Assembly (NCBI RefSeq): GCF_006345805.1
Contig: NC_043002.1
Coordinates: forward strand, 25,668,001-25,732,000
Source of the DNA: Octopus sinensis
Taxonomy: Eukaryota
Direction of reading: 5' to 3'
Length of the DNA stretch: 64,000 nt
How positions within the stretch are numbered: the stretch's first letter is position 1; each line of letters starts with the position of its first letter. A program made the translations under genes and the position numbers. The notes below the pieces were generated by a model. That model did no database searches. It saw only the letters and a list, made by a program, of their open reading frames with translations, and was not told the DNA's origin. This document shows, in pieces, positions 1 through 11,591 of this stretch.

Positions 1-1
1 T

Positions 2-412
2 CGGATCTTTTCAGTTTGAACAGCAGTTTTTAACATAATTTCTAGGTAACTAAAAAATTTAAAACTTCGTATACTGGTAGAATGTGCTTATAAAACATCT
101 TTTTGTCTTGACTTTATTGAGAAAATTCTATAGTTTGTAAGATATTTGTTGTTTTTTTCTTCAATTTCTGCAATTTCAACCAATCACTGATGTCCATTGA
201 GGTAAACAACATTCTGTGCCGTATGAATATGTCCCTCGTTTAAGAAACAGATTGGGTTTATTTACATTTGTGAAGAAAAAAAGATGTCCTTCCCCCACCC
301 CTAACCCTAAAATAGATTGAAATGCAATAGATCGATACTAGGGTCATAATTATGGGTGACAATTTCATATGACATCGCTAGAAAAAAATGCCGTTCAAAC
401 CGAAAAGATCCG
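2..412. mobile_element. MITE (non-autonomous DNA transposon) with ~30-bp terminal inverted repeats
   Basis: Left end CGGATCTTTTCAGTTTGAACAGCAGTTTTT (2-31) is the near-perfect reverse complement of AAAAAAATGCCGTTCAAACCGAAAAGATCCG (382-412). No ORF inside. TSD not assessable at the window edge. Confidence 0.75.
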
Positions 413-474
413 CTGTTTCTAACAAAGACAAAAGGACTAATTTTTCGTGATGGTGGTAGATGAGTAAATCAATT

Positions 475-626
475 AAATGACTCTAGTACCTGACAGGTAC
501 TTTATTTTAACGATGTCTGAAAGATGAAAGGCAAAACTGACTTCGGTGGGGTTTGAACTGAGAGCTCAAATAGTCGGAACAAATACCGTAAAGAATTTTT
601 TATCCGATACACTAACGACTCTGCTA
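475..626 (-). mobile_element. Degraded tRNA-derived SINE (family S1)
   Basis: Decayed match to the S1 body seen many times in the window (gaaagatgaaaggcaaa...tttgaactgaga...ctaacgactctgc). Confidence 0.6.
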
Positions 627-2028
627 ATTCATCGCCCTTTTGCGCAGACACAAATAGCGAGCGATGTTGTTTATAGAAGCCAAAAAAAAAAAAAAGAAAA
701 AGGAAACGGAAAAGAAAACGAGAAGAAAAATAGTTAAACGGAGTTAAGGGAATGCAGGAAGAGAGGGTTGAGGTGAAGAAGGAAGACAAGGAAAAGGGAG
801 AAAAAGAGGCGCTATGCTTGAAAACGAGGCTTGCAGTTGAGGAAGAAGAATTACATCTATAACACGTGATGGTCAGAAGGCATTTGTAGTTTATTGTAAA
901 ACTGAATATATTATAAACAATCGATAAAGAAATAATAACAAAACGAATTCATCCGGGTTTTCATTCAACAGAATTTCAAAAGTCAGAAAACCGTGTCCAC
1001 GTAAGCTTAGTATTAATTTTTCGATTTTTCTGAAAGTAAACACAATAAAAACAATATTTTAGTAAGATCTGAGAAGACTGGAGTGAATTTTAAATAATTT
1101 TCACAACTATTATTAATCGTAACTGAAGATTTATTGAGGCTTTTTATATTTATGGATTGCTCTGTTTTTTCACATGCAGTCATCCTTTTCTATATTCAAT
1201 AAAATGCCTTTTGAATGATTGCTAAGGATTCCCTCGCCAACACGCAACAGCATCTTTTTGTATCTTATTTATTTACTACAATAGTCTCTATTATTTCTGA
1301 ACCATGTAGGTGCGTACTCATTTCATCTAAACCCATGCAGTCCATTCGTCTCTTTTCCTCATTCCGTCATCTTCACCGTGTTTCATCTCCTAGATCCTGT
1401 ACAAAATATTTCGCCGAAATTTTTTCACCAGAATCCCCCGTTCAGCCATTTCATGCTAACATAGACCTACAAATACCTAAGCTCTCACAAGTTGAGAGGA
1501 TTTACAAAGAATGCAGACACTTCCCTTTCTTTCGTGAACAACTCACAAGGACGAAGTGAAAATAGTTCGAACGACACTCGACTGTGAACTAACAAGTCAA
1601 TTCGGTTTTCCAAATTATCTCTTGATCTTTTGTGTTGATCGCCATTATGACATATTGTATGGTCTATTGCATTTTTGGCTGAGTATACCGATACTACCAA
1701 AACGATAGCTGAACCCAGTTAATGAACATAACGGTAAATTACAAGTAGATAAGATTGAAGGTCAGTTTCTTTTCAATTTAGTGAATCCGAAAAAAAAAAC
1801 CCAAAGCAAAAAGGATCGGGCATATGGCCTTCTTAGAACATTCTTAATTATTTGACTTTAATACCTGTAACATTGTTGCTTTCTCTAAAGGGCGTTAACC
1901 AACTAATGGTGCTTTTTCATAGAGCATTGTAGATTAGGATAGGAAGAAATTCCTTAGAGATAGCAGGATCTCAACTAGCGTCTAATCCTAAGAAGTAAAG
2001 GACTTTAAGAACGGTTGTTTCATTTTGA

Positions 2029-2063
2029 CTAGGTGGCGCACCTCAAGACAGTGCTAGGAGATA
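2029..2063 (-). CDS. Possible short terminal exon of chitin-binding gene A (VSPSTVLRCAT*)
   Basis: Good acceptor (tcattttgtatctccctgcag) resembling that of exon 2. Phase 1 fits and gives 11 codons then TAG. No homology support, so it may be chance. Confidence 0.2.
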
Positions 2064-2930
2064 CTGCAGGGAGATACAAAATGACGATTGATGGTTCAAG
2101 ATGTTTAAACATTTCGGGCTATACCAAGATTTCAATATCCTGGTAACATGTCTTATTTTAAGTATTTTTGTGTGTTCATACCCCACTTCCACCCCACTCC
2201 ACTCCAGAAGAAAACTTCCAATTGCCGCTAAGGTGAAACAGATGTTGAGAATTGAGGACCAATTTAAAGATATAAAAAAATTATAGAATATGAATTAAAT
2301 GGCCTAAATCATGAGTTTCAAGAGATGCACATATTTTAGTCGCTCAAAACACTCCATATGCATAACAAATATCATGGAAAAACATAGCATTTCATATACA
2401 TAACTGATATCATGGAAAAACTTTCAAAATAAAACTAAGATGACTTCTTGGTAACACGTAACTAACAACGCTGTTTACAAAAGGCGATATAAAATAAGTA
2501 AATAAAGCACAACAAACATAAAAATAACAGTAATAATAATCTTCATGCCTTGATTGCTGCAAATAGATTGAATTAATTGAAAGCATTAATTATTTCATGA
2601 AACAAAATCACGAGTCAACCAATAAGCAACAGGAATCGTTTCCTCATTTTCCTACATTATACGAGCTTTTAGGTTCTTGACATATACACAGTCTTGGTTT
2701 AAGTTCTCGTTTACGATTAGCATATTCTTGCTTCTGCTCGATAATCACACTTGTTAATTAATAATCCAGCCAATGAATCAGACATGATTAGACTAGAAAA
2801 AAAATTCAACCTATTGAGAATTAATCTCGTCGGATGTGAGGAGACTAAAACGTACTGATAAAGAGGGAGTTTTATTTACACTCAGTTTACGTGGAATGTT
2901 AAACGGGATCCGGAATCCCAAGATATTTAC

Positions 2931-3107
2931 CGATTTCGCAGTCAGATTCCTTTGCAAGTACACATCTCTGAAGCTTAAGACTAAAATGAAGCCGGTCTGG
3001 ACATTGCATTACAGTCATTGAAGTGTGGTTAAAGCATGGAATGTAACTGTGGCAATTTTCTGGGTTTCTGTTGTTTCCGTTCGGATAGTCGTCACATAAT
3101 TTGTCAT
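2931..3107 (-). CDS. Chitin-binding gene A, exon 2: one peritrophin-A (CBM14/ChtBD2) domain
   Basis: Translates to DDKLCDDYPNGNNRNPENCHSYIPCFNHTSMTVMQCPDRLHFSLKLQRCVLAKESDCEI, with six-Cys CBM14 spacing and aromatic residues. Polypyrimidine+CAG acceptor ends at 3108, donor G|GTAAAT at 2930. The exon is 177 nt, phase 1-1, in frame with exon 1. Confidence 0.88.
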
Positions 3108-3171
3108 CTGCAGGGTGTAAATAAGAAAAAGAAAGTTTTAGGATAAACATCATAAAATGATTAAATTATTA

Positions 3172-3605
3172 TTTTCTACTCTAGGCACAAGGCCCGAAAT
3201 TTTTGGGGAGAAGGCCAGTCGATTAGATCGACCCGAGTACGCTACTGGTACTTAATTTATCGATCCCGAAAAGATGAATGGCAAAGTTGACCTCGGCAGA
3301 ATTTGAACTCAGAACGTAAAAACAGACGAGATACCTATTTCTTTACTACCCACAAGGGGCTAAACACAGAGGGGACAAACAAGGACAGACAAACGGATTA
3401 AGTCGATTATATCGACCCCAGTGCGTAACTGGTACTTATTTAATCGACCCCGAAAGGATGAAAGGCAAAGCGGCAGACGAAATACCGCTAAGCATTTCGC
3501 CCGGAAAATATAAATATTCTTTTCTACTATAGGCACAAGGCCCAAAACTTTTGTGGAAGGGGCCAGTCGATTAGATCGAGTCCAGTACGCAGCTGGTACT
3601 TAATT
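3172..3605 (-). mobile_element. Cluster of S1 SINEs including a tail-b/tail-a dimer
   Basis: Repeated gcctttcatcctttcggggtcgat...aagtaccagt body with two different tails (ttaatccgtttgtctgtccttgtttgtcccc; tggccttctccccaaaatttcgggccttgtgcctagagtag). Confidence 0.8.
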
Positions 3606-3681
3606 TAGAAAATATAAATAATATTAGAACAAAACTGAATATTTCGTTGAGTTGTTTTAATGTTAACTACTTTGTAGTGGT

Positions 3682-3848
<167 letters not shown>

Positions 3849-4313
3849 TGTGTATGTGTCCGCATAGCGAATTTGAGAATAATGCCAAAGAAAATGTTAG
3901 ATGTTATAGTCTTGTTCAAGGGTGTTATAACATTTAAAGAAAAAAAGTCATCAAAGAATGTTCTGTCATTAGATTGTGTCATTTAGTTTTCCAAAAAGAC
4001 TGTCTATTTACTGCTGTCAGTCTACATTTCTTCTGAACTACTATTTTTCTCTGATTAACCCCTTTACCAAGCATTCTGAGTACTTCTTTATTGATATTAT
4101 TTCAGTTATGCTTACACACACAAATCAGCAACAGTTAATGGAGCAGCAGGTGATTGCTCATAACAGCAACAGGTGTTGTTCTAAGCAACAGGTGATTGCT
4201 CATTACTCAGGAGTCATGGATAATGTCTATCCAATCGTATGTCCCAGAAAAAGTCAAACAGAGGAGCCAAACGTTAACTCAATGGGAAGTAGTAGTCACT
4301 GTTAATGGAAATT

Positions 4314-4349
<36 letters not shown>

Positions 4350-4510
4350 GTATGTATGCTCTTCCATTTCTCTTTTTAATTTTAGAGTAAATTTTGAATT
4401 TTCACTGGCCACCTACTTGGTAGCAATGTTGTGAAGGAATGTACCTTCTTTTAACCATCATCCTTTAAACCTTAAGAAGGTCTTTTATGTATGTATGCAT
4501 GCATGCATGC

Positions 4511-4543
<33 letters not shown>

Positions 4544-4849
4544 TGTATGTATGTATGTATGTATGTATGCATGTATGTATGTAAAGTTACATAAGTTTGA
4601 CACAAATGTCAGTCCAGACTTCAAGTTTCTAATTGATTTCAGAGCGTAATATCAGTTTTGTCATCAACCGTATGGGAGAGAAACCAGCTTGGTATAAATG
4701 AACAAAATCTGTGTGGCCAATCTAGAACCACCAGGATGAATGTATAGTTATCCCCCGTTGAACTAGAAAGCATTAAGAGACGGGTTTTGAGGGGCGATAA
4801 GATGAGTGGCAAATGGAATGATGATAAAGAGAATGTACAGTCTACATTA

Positions 4850-5535
4850 TAGACAATGAGCTTATGGTTGTGGAGTTAGAGGGAGAAGGGCATGAGGTTG
4901 AGATTAATGTTTAGGAAAATGGTGAGAGATTCAAGTAACAAAGAAACATCTTGAACGATATCATAGACATTTTAGCCTCCTGTGAGCAGAGCTGTTCATA
5001 CAGGGTTTGAAATAGTAGACAAAAGGAAATTCGGAGAATGAGTTAGGAAGGTTAATGACGTTGCTGGCGATGTTAGGACTGAAAGCATCACAGACACTAG
5101 AAGCTTCATAACTGCATTTTTGAACATTTTAGCCCGGAAGTTAGGTTTACAAGCCACTGGTAATCGACAACGTAACTAGAAGGAATCACGGTAGAAAAGG
5201 AGGATAAAGCAGTCCATCCATGAGATCAGAAAACATTAATATCCAAGAAAGGAAAAAGGGAGATGAAATTTGGAAGAAAGAGAAGTATGTTGTGTTAGAG
5301 AGAAAGTATAGGGCGATGTGAGGGGAATCAATGTTGTAACTGAAGAATTAAAACAGCGGTTGAAAGCTAAAGGTCGTAAACTGAAGAAATACGAACAATA
5401 GAGTGAGCAGTATATGCTTAATAGACTTTTTGATTAAGACCGGAAACGAGTTTATCAGGAATTGAATTGAAATGAAAAAGTTGAAAATTCTGTGCATGAT
5501 GCCGAGGAGAGCAAAAGATTCTGGTCGAACACATG
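4850..5535 (+). mobile_element. Degraded R4/Dong retrotransposon fragment (pre-RT region, family D-like)
   Basis: Stop-ridden translation EELKQRLKAKGRKLKKYEQ...NRLF...RVYQEL...EESKRFWSNTW parallels the pre-RT region of the copies at 14340-14530 and 29600-29800. Confidence 0.65.
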
Positions 5536-5755
5536 GTCTCAGAAAAACAGCACGAAACTGAAGTGGTATGGTTACGGTCACTCAAGTACCCAAAGGAAAG
5601 TCATGTCTCTTTGAGACAAAAACGAAAGAAGGCATGAAACCTTTTGGTAATTTGTTATTACCTGTTTTCAAATAAAGGAAAAATTCGAGAATTAAGATTT
5701 ACCAGTGTCAGATGATGATAATGATGATGATGATATAATAATAATAATAATAATA

Positions 5756-5805
<50 letters not shown>

Positions 5806-5809
5806 AATA

Positions 5810-6346
5810 GCTGTACCAGGCAGTGGCTTTCATGACTTTTCATCTTAACTGATTAGAAGTCTTATCATGTACATTGTTTTGTCTTGGTGTAAAAGATGGG
5901 CTACAACAAATATTCTGTTCAATACCACAGTTTTGATTGTCAGTTGTTTGACCTTAACCAGTTGAGCATGTCCCTTAGTGGCTGACGATGTGTGCATCTC
6001 TGATCACGAGCAGAAGTAGTGGTGGACGTTCATAGCCATGTGTTGAGAGGAATTCTTTGAGGTTTGGATAATTCACCTCTGGACACATGGGTGTTTCGTT
6101 CAACATCCATAAACAACACTTATTCAGAGACCTTCTGAAAGCCATGCGCTACTTGACCTAAAGAAAATTCTAACTGATCCCCACCTACAAGATCATGCGC
6201 TGTTAATCTTGGTATGAGATCACCATGTCGTGCACATATGGTTGTGATGAATGTGTCTGGTATACCCTTATCAGGTGGGTAGTCATACTGGGCTTCGCAT
6301 ATTTTATCCCAGCGTCACTTTGATGGCATGCACTGCTATCTCACTC
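5810..6346 (+). mobile_element. Non-coding retroposon X (~540 bp), (AAT)n-tailed
   Basis: Same sequence recurs inverted at 24821-25370, with 5'-truncated copies at 25419-25510 and 26255-26540. All share the same 3' end (...ctcactc or close variant) followed by (AAT)n. Confidence 0.8.
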
Positions 6347-6390
<44 letters not shown>

Positions 6391-6392
<2 letters not shown>

Positions 6393-6773
6393 TCTGTCAA
6401 GGAATTTGACAAACTAAGTAAATATAAGGACCTGGAAATTGAAATACAAAAGATGTGGCATCTTAAAATGAGAATTGTTCCTGTTATTGTAGGTGCCCGA
6501 GGTATGATAAAAAAGGGATGTCAGAAACATCTAGATAAGATACCAGGAGAACCATGTCTCAAAGAAATCCAGAAGAATGTGGTAACAAGTACTGCCCACA
6601 TCCTTAGAAAAACCCTACCCATTTAAATATCTGTATTGCATTACATAAAGATAGTTTACTACCTCCACCCCCAAGCTTTCAGTAATATTGTAACATCTCT
6701 TATACTACATACACCCCAGGACGCTGGGTGTATCTCGGCAAGTGACTGTAACAATGATGCAAATTAAAAGTAA
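6391..6773 (+). mobile_element. R4/Dong family C 3' fragment
   Basis: SVKEFDKLSKYKDLEIEIQKMWHLK..VPVIVGA.GMIKKG...HILRKTL (end of restriction-like endonuclease) plus 3' UTR, between (AAT)n tracts. Confidence 0.85.
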
Positions 6774-6833
<60 letters not shown>

Positions 6834-6834
<1 letters not shown>

Positions 6835-7333
6835 TATAGGCACACACCAAAAAAGGTCACAGAAAACGAGAAAGCAACCATACTCTGAGATATGCCGATA
6901 CACACAGATAGAGAAATTAAGGCTAACAGACCAGATATAGTTGTCAAAGATTATGAAGAAAAAAAATGCTTTCTAATTGATGTATCAATACCGGCTGGTG
7001 ACAACATGTTACTAAAAGAAATGGAGAAATTCTCAAAATACAAAGACCTAGAAATAGAGGTAACCAGAATGTGGAATCTAAAAACAGAAACAATTCCTAT
7101 CATAGTAGGTGCATTAGGCATGATAAAAAAAATATTCAGACAAATACATAACAAAAACACCAGGACTTACAAACACATATAACATACAGAAAATTGCACT
7201 ACTAGGCACTGCACACATCCTACGCAAAACACTTTCCATACAATAACCATCAGAGCATCACAGCACATACCCAAGGCACACAGAGCTGCGCTCGGTAGTG
7301 AAGTGAAAGCACGCTATAAAAATAAAACTACTG
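6834..7333 (+). mobile_element. R4/Dong family A 3' fragment
   Basis: MPIHTDREIKANRPDIVV...LIDVSIP...KYKDLEIEVTRMW (PD-(D/E)xK RLE); nearly identical to the 3' end of the full copy at 27045-27550. Confidence 0.9.
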
Positions 7334-7350
7334 AATAATAATAATAATAA

Positions 7351-7510
7351 TATTTGTTTTGTATTATACGGAAATATTTCGCTACTGCCCCTGCCACTTC
7401 CTCTCCTTAAGCTTTCAGCCATACTGTAACATCTCTTATCCTTCACTTGCTCTAGGGTGCTGGGTGTGACTCGGCTAGTAATTGCAAAAAAACATGCAGA
7501 TTAAAAGTAA
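7351..7510 (+). mobile_element. R4/Dong family C 3' UTR-only fragment
   Basis: Matches the 3' UTRs at 6630-6773 and 9385-9533 (ctgtaacatctcttatccttcac...ctcggc...gattaaaagtaa). Confidence 0.7.
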
Positions 7511-7568
7511 ACAACGACAATAATAATAATGACGAAGAAGACGATGATGATGGTGATGACGTCACCGC

Positions 7569-7606
<38 letters not shown>

Positions 7607-7640
7607 ACAACAACAACAACAACAACAATAATAATTAATA

Positions 7641-8600
7641 AATGGCAAATATGTGGCCCGTACCAAATAAGCTGATCTAGACCAGAAATACACCCATCTG
7701 TGGCTACAGAGCGCAGGGCTAAAGGCAGAGAGTGAAGGCTTTATCTTGGCTGCCCAAGATCAGAAGTTATTGACCCAGAGCTACCAAGCCAATGTGATAA
7801 AAAATAGTGTAGACCCAAAGTGCCTATATTGCAACGATGGAAGAGAAGCAGTGGACTACCTAATCTCTTGATGTAAGGTTTTAGCACCTGTAGAGTACAA
7901 ATCAAGACATGTCAGAGTTGGCCTATATCTACATTGGATAATGTTTCGACATTATAAAATCAAAACTGCTGACAAATGGTACAAGCACCAACCTAAGGCT
8001 GTAACTGAGGGAGAAAATGTAACTATTCTTTGGGACTTACCAGTATATACAGATCGGACCATTAAGGCAAATAAACCAGATATTGTTGTGAAAGATAAAG
8101 CAATAAAGTCTGTTTTATTGGTTGACATGAGCATACCCTGTGACCATAATGTCCTGGCAAAAGAATTTGATAAGCTCAGAAAATATAAAGATCTGCTAAT
8201 CGAAAAGATGTGGCATCTCAAGATGGTTGCAATACCAGTGAATGTAGGAGCACTTGGAATGATCAAAAAAGGAACTGGAAATTATTTAAGAATGATCCCT
8301 GGCTTACTATCCATGCAGGAAGTGCAAAAGATTATTGTCTTAACTGGTACGTCACACGTATTGAGAAGAGCATTGTCACTGTAAATTTTTTTCCTCCTCC
8401 CCTATTCTATTTGTTTACTTTTCTGTTTTTTAGTTTTCCTTTTTCTTTCTGTCTTCTTCCTTTCCTCTATCACATGATTCTGTAAATGAACTATCTGGTA
8501 TGCTTATTTTAATACACTATGAATGTCTATAATACGTTTCTCTGCTCTAGGTGTCAGAAAGACACTCAGCAAGAAATAGAAATAATTGAAAGAAGATGCC
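7641..8600 (+). mobile_element. R4/Dong family B 3' fragment (CCHC + RLE)
   Basis: ORF 7941-8384 ..ILWDLPVYTDRTIKANKPDIVVKD..LVDMSIPCD..KYKDL; decayed CCHC knuckle upstream; (AAT)n tail. Confidence 0.88.
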
Positions 8601-8616
8601 AATGAAAATGATGATG

Positions 8617-8671
<55 letters not shown>

Positions 8672-8673
<2 letters not shown>

Positions 8674-8902
8674 TAATCTCAAGGTTTAAAGCAAACAATT
8701 TTTATTTTATTTTATTTTTTTAAATTTAATTTTATTATTTATTTATTTATTTATTTATTAGACATTCACTAGTACAACCCCCCCCAAATATATGGCATAC
8801 TAGGCATAACAACAACGTGAACTTCCAACTTGTTGTCTCTTGAGGTCTCTGGGTGAGACTTGGAGCAAACTTGTAAAAATATAAAGCAAAAGTCAAACAT
8901 AG
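8672..8902 (+). mobile_element. R4/Dong family E 3' UTR
   Basis: Reverse complement of 26551-26740, where it follows the coding end AEIQKRVLMGIAHILRKILSM*. Confidence 0.75.
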
Positions 8903-8927
8903 AATAATAATAATAATAATAATAATA

Positions 8928-9019
<92 letters not shown>

Positions 9020-9024
9020 CATCA

Positions 9025-9533
9025 TCCTGAGCCAGTCTTTGAAGATAAAAATGTCCCTATTCTCTGAATTTTCCAGACAACCCTGACATAGCGATCCAGG
9101 ATAATCGAGCAGACATAATTATTAAAGACAGGGAAGAAAATACTTGTAGACTAATAGCTCCAAGTGTTCCCACTGAAAAAAATATATCTGTAAAGGAATT
9201 TGACAAACTAAGTAAATATAAGGAACTGTGGCATCTTAAAGCGAGAATTCTTCCTGTTATTGTAGGTACCCTAGGTATGATAAAAAAGGGATGTCAGAAA
9301 CATCTAGATAAGGTCTCAGAGAAATCTAAAAGATTGTACTGACAAGCACTACCCACGTCCTTAGAAAAACCCTATCCATTTAAATGTCTGTGTTGTATTA
9401 CATGAATATATTTCGCTACTCCCCCCTTCTCCGCAAGCTTTCAGTCATATTGCAACATCTTATCCTTCACTCGCCATTGGACACTGGGTGTGTCTCGGTA
9501 AGAGACTGTAACAGACATGCTGATTAAAAGTAA
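9025..9533 (+). mobile_element. R4/Dong family C 3' fragment
   Basis: DIIIKDREENTC...SVKEFDKLSKYK; same 3' UTR as 6391-6773; (AAT)n tail. Confidence 0.85.
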
Positions 9534-9535
9534 TG

Positions 9536-9634
<99 letters not shown>

Positions 9635-9636
9635 GC

Positions 9637-9670
<34 letters not shown>

Positions 9671-9701
9671 ATAATAATAATAATAATGATAATAATAATA
9701 A

Positions 9702-10182
9702 CCGGATATTATTATAAAAGATCACACAAAAAGGATGTGTTTATTAATTGACATGAGTATTCCCTGTGATCACAATATAGCGGCGAAAGAATTTGACAAA
9801 ATTAGTAAATATAAAGACCTGCTAATAGAAATTGAAAAAATGTGGCATCTCAAGGCGACTACAGTACCAGTGATTGTAGGATCTCTAGGAATGATAAAAA
9901 AAGGTACTGAAACCTATTTGAAAATGATTCCAGGCTTACTATCCCTACAGGAAGTGCAAAAAATCGTATTAACTGGAACGGCTCATGTACTGAGACGAGC
10001 ACTATCTCTGTGAAAATAACATCCATCCATGAATTTATTTATTTATTAATTTTTAAATACATATTTTATCTGTGAATTTGCGCGTGTAATCTAGGAATGC
10101 ATACAATGCCCTTCTCTGCCCTAGGTGTATGGAAAACATTCGGCGAGAAACGGAAGAAAATTTGAAGAAAGAAGGAAAAAAC
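9702..10182 (+). mobile_element. R4/Dong family B 3' fragment
   Basis: ORF 9735-10013 CLLIDMSIPCDHNIAAKEFDKISKYKDL...HVLRRALSL; (AAT)n on both sides. Confidence 0.88.
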
Positions 10183-10246
<64 letters not shown>

Positions 10247-10248
<2 letters not shown>

Positions 10249-10430
10249 GTAGTGCAATTTTCCGTATAACATACAGAAAATTGCACTACTAGGCACTGCA
10301 CACATCCTACGCAGAACACTTTCCATACAATAACCATCAGAGCATCACAACAAATCACAGCACATACCCAAGGCACACAGAGCTGCGCTCGGTAGTGAAG
10401 TGAAAGCACGCTATAAAAATAAAACTACTG
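10247..10430 (+). mobile_element. R4/Dong family A very short 3' fragment (partly rearranged 5' end)
   Basis: Nearly identical to the terminal ~170 bp of family A (...gcacgctataaaaataaaactactg). Confidence 0.85.
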
Positions 10431-10451
10431 AATATTAATAATAATAATAAT

Positions 10452-10840
10452 GGAGTCTTAATTGAGAAAGAAAGTAAACTATGCTGAATCATAGATATAG
10501 CATGCCTACAATATTACAACAAGTTATGCGGTAAGAAAGAAAGAAAAGTCGATAGGTACGACAGGTTAGCTTGGGAGGTTAAGCAGTTGTAGTCGATGAA
10601 AAAGTTGGTAGTAGTAGCAATAATTGTCGAAGTCCTGGGAACAGTGAGTAAAAATGTCGAGAAGTACATGGAAGAAATAGGGGCTGCAATAAGGGTGGAG
10701 CACTTGCAGAAAACAGCTCTGCTTGGAACCGCTCGAATACTCCGGAAGGTGCTCGAAAAATAAGAAGCGTTACCTTAGTTCACTGATAGTGAACAGCTGA
10801 TGCCGTAGTACATCTCCAGCTTTAGAAGCTGTGCAAAGGC
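10452..10840 (+). mobile_element. R4/Dong family D 3' fragment
   Basis: ..VVAIIVEVLGTVSKNVEKYMEEIGAAIRVEHLQKTALLGTARILRKVLEK* then (GAT)(AAT)n ending 46 bp from the gene A donor site. Confidence 0.78.
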
Positions 10841-10880
10841 AATGATGATGATGATGATGATGATGATAATAATAATAATA

Positions 10881-10922
<42 letters not shown>

Positions 10923-10968
10923 CATGGGGACGATAGGAAAAATTGATGTTTAAAGAATGTTGACTTAC

Positions 10969-11251
10969 CGGAAATACCACCAAGACTAGATGTTTTGTTA
11001 CAGTCGTCTCTTTCCTGATTCTTTCTGACGCATACATTGTAAGTAATGGAGAACACTAAACCAGATGAACATGCCATTTTACCCATGGATCTACCCAGAA
11101 CACAAATGGAGTATACACTGCAATTTTTCGCGTCCCTTACGAAGGTCGCCATACTGCTAGCATGTTCACGTTCGCATATATTACTCTCATCTGTGTAGCC
11201 CAATACTACGATTGCAGCAATGATAGCCACTATGCTTAGGTACTTGTACAT
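10969..11251 (-). CDS. Chitin-binding gene A, exon 1: signal peptide + peritrophin-A (CBM14) domain
   Basis: ATG at 11251 (accaacATG); the ORF-track start at 11308 is a TTG. MYKYLSIVAIIAAIVVLG hydrophobic leader, then C..FVRDAKNCSVYSIC..C..GLVFS...VCV...DDC. Perfect donor G|GTAAGT at 10968 (phase 1), matching the exon 2 acceptor. Confidence 0.88.
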
Positions 11252-11331
11252 GTTGGTTATAGTCTTGTTGATAATTTCGGAAGAAATGAAAGACAAAAAT
11301 CTATGCAATGAGTAACAACCGCCGTCTCAAG

Positions 11332-11372
11332 TGACTCTGAGGAAACCCCGAGAAAAGCAAGGCTCTTTTATA
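11332..11372 (-). promoter_or_regulatory. Candidate core promoter of gene A (TATAAAA + Inr-like)
   Basis: TATAAAA at 11372-11366 on the minus strand; TCAGAG/TCACTT 32-40 nt downstream; ATG about 90 nt further. Confidence 0.45.
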
Positions 11373-11560
11373 CATATAATCTGGGTGTAGACCGCATTAG
11401 ATGACTCAACCCGTTCAATGTGGTTTCTTAACAATTTCAAAGAGTTTTTGTACACAAACACATACACATACACATGCGCGCGCACACACACACACACGTA
11501 TGTATATACATGTGTGTGTGTGTATAATATGTATGCTTACACACACGCATATATATTCAA

Positions 11561-11591
<31 letters not shown>

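Noticed and set aside
296-312. ccctaaccctaa telomere-like repeat
   Set aside because: Only two units, internal to a MITE.
1485-1700. Minus-strand ORF as a possible third exon of gene A
   Set aside because: A phase-compatible AG exists near 1710, but the polypyrimidine tract is poor and there is no CBM14 Cys pattern or clear donor.
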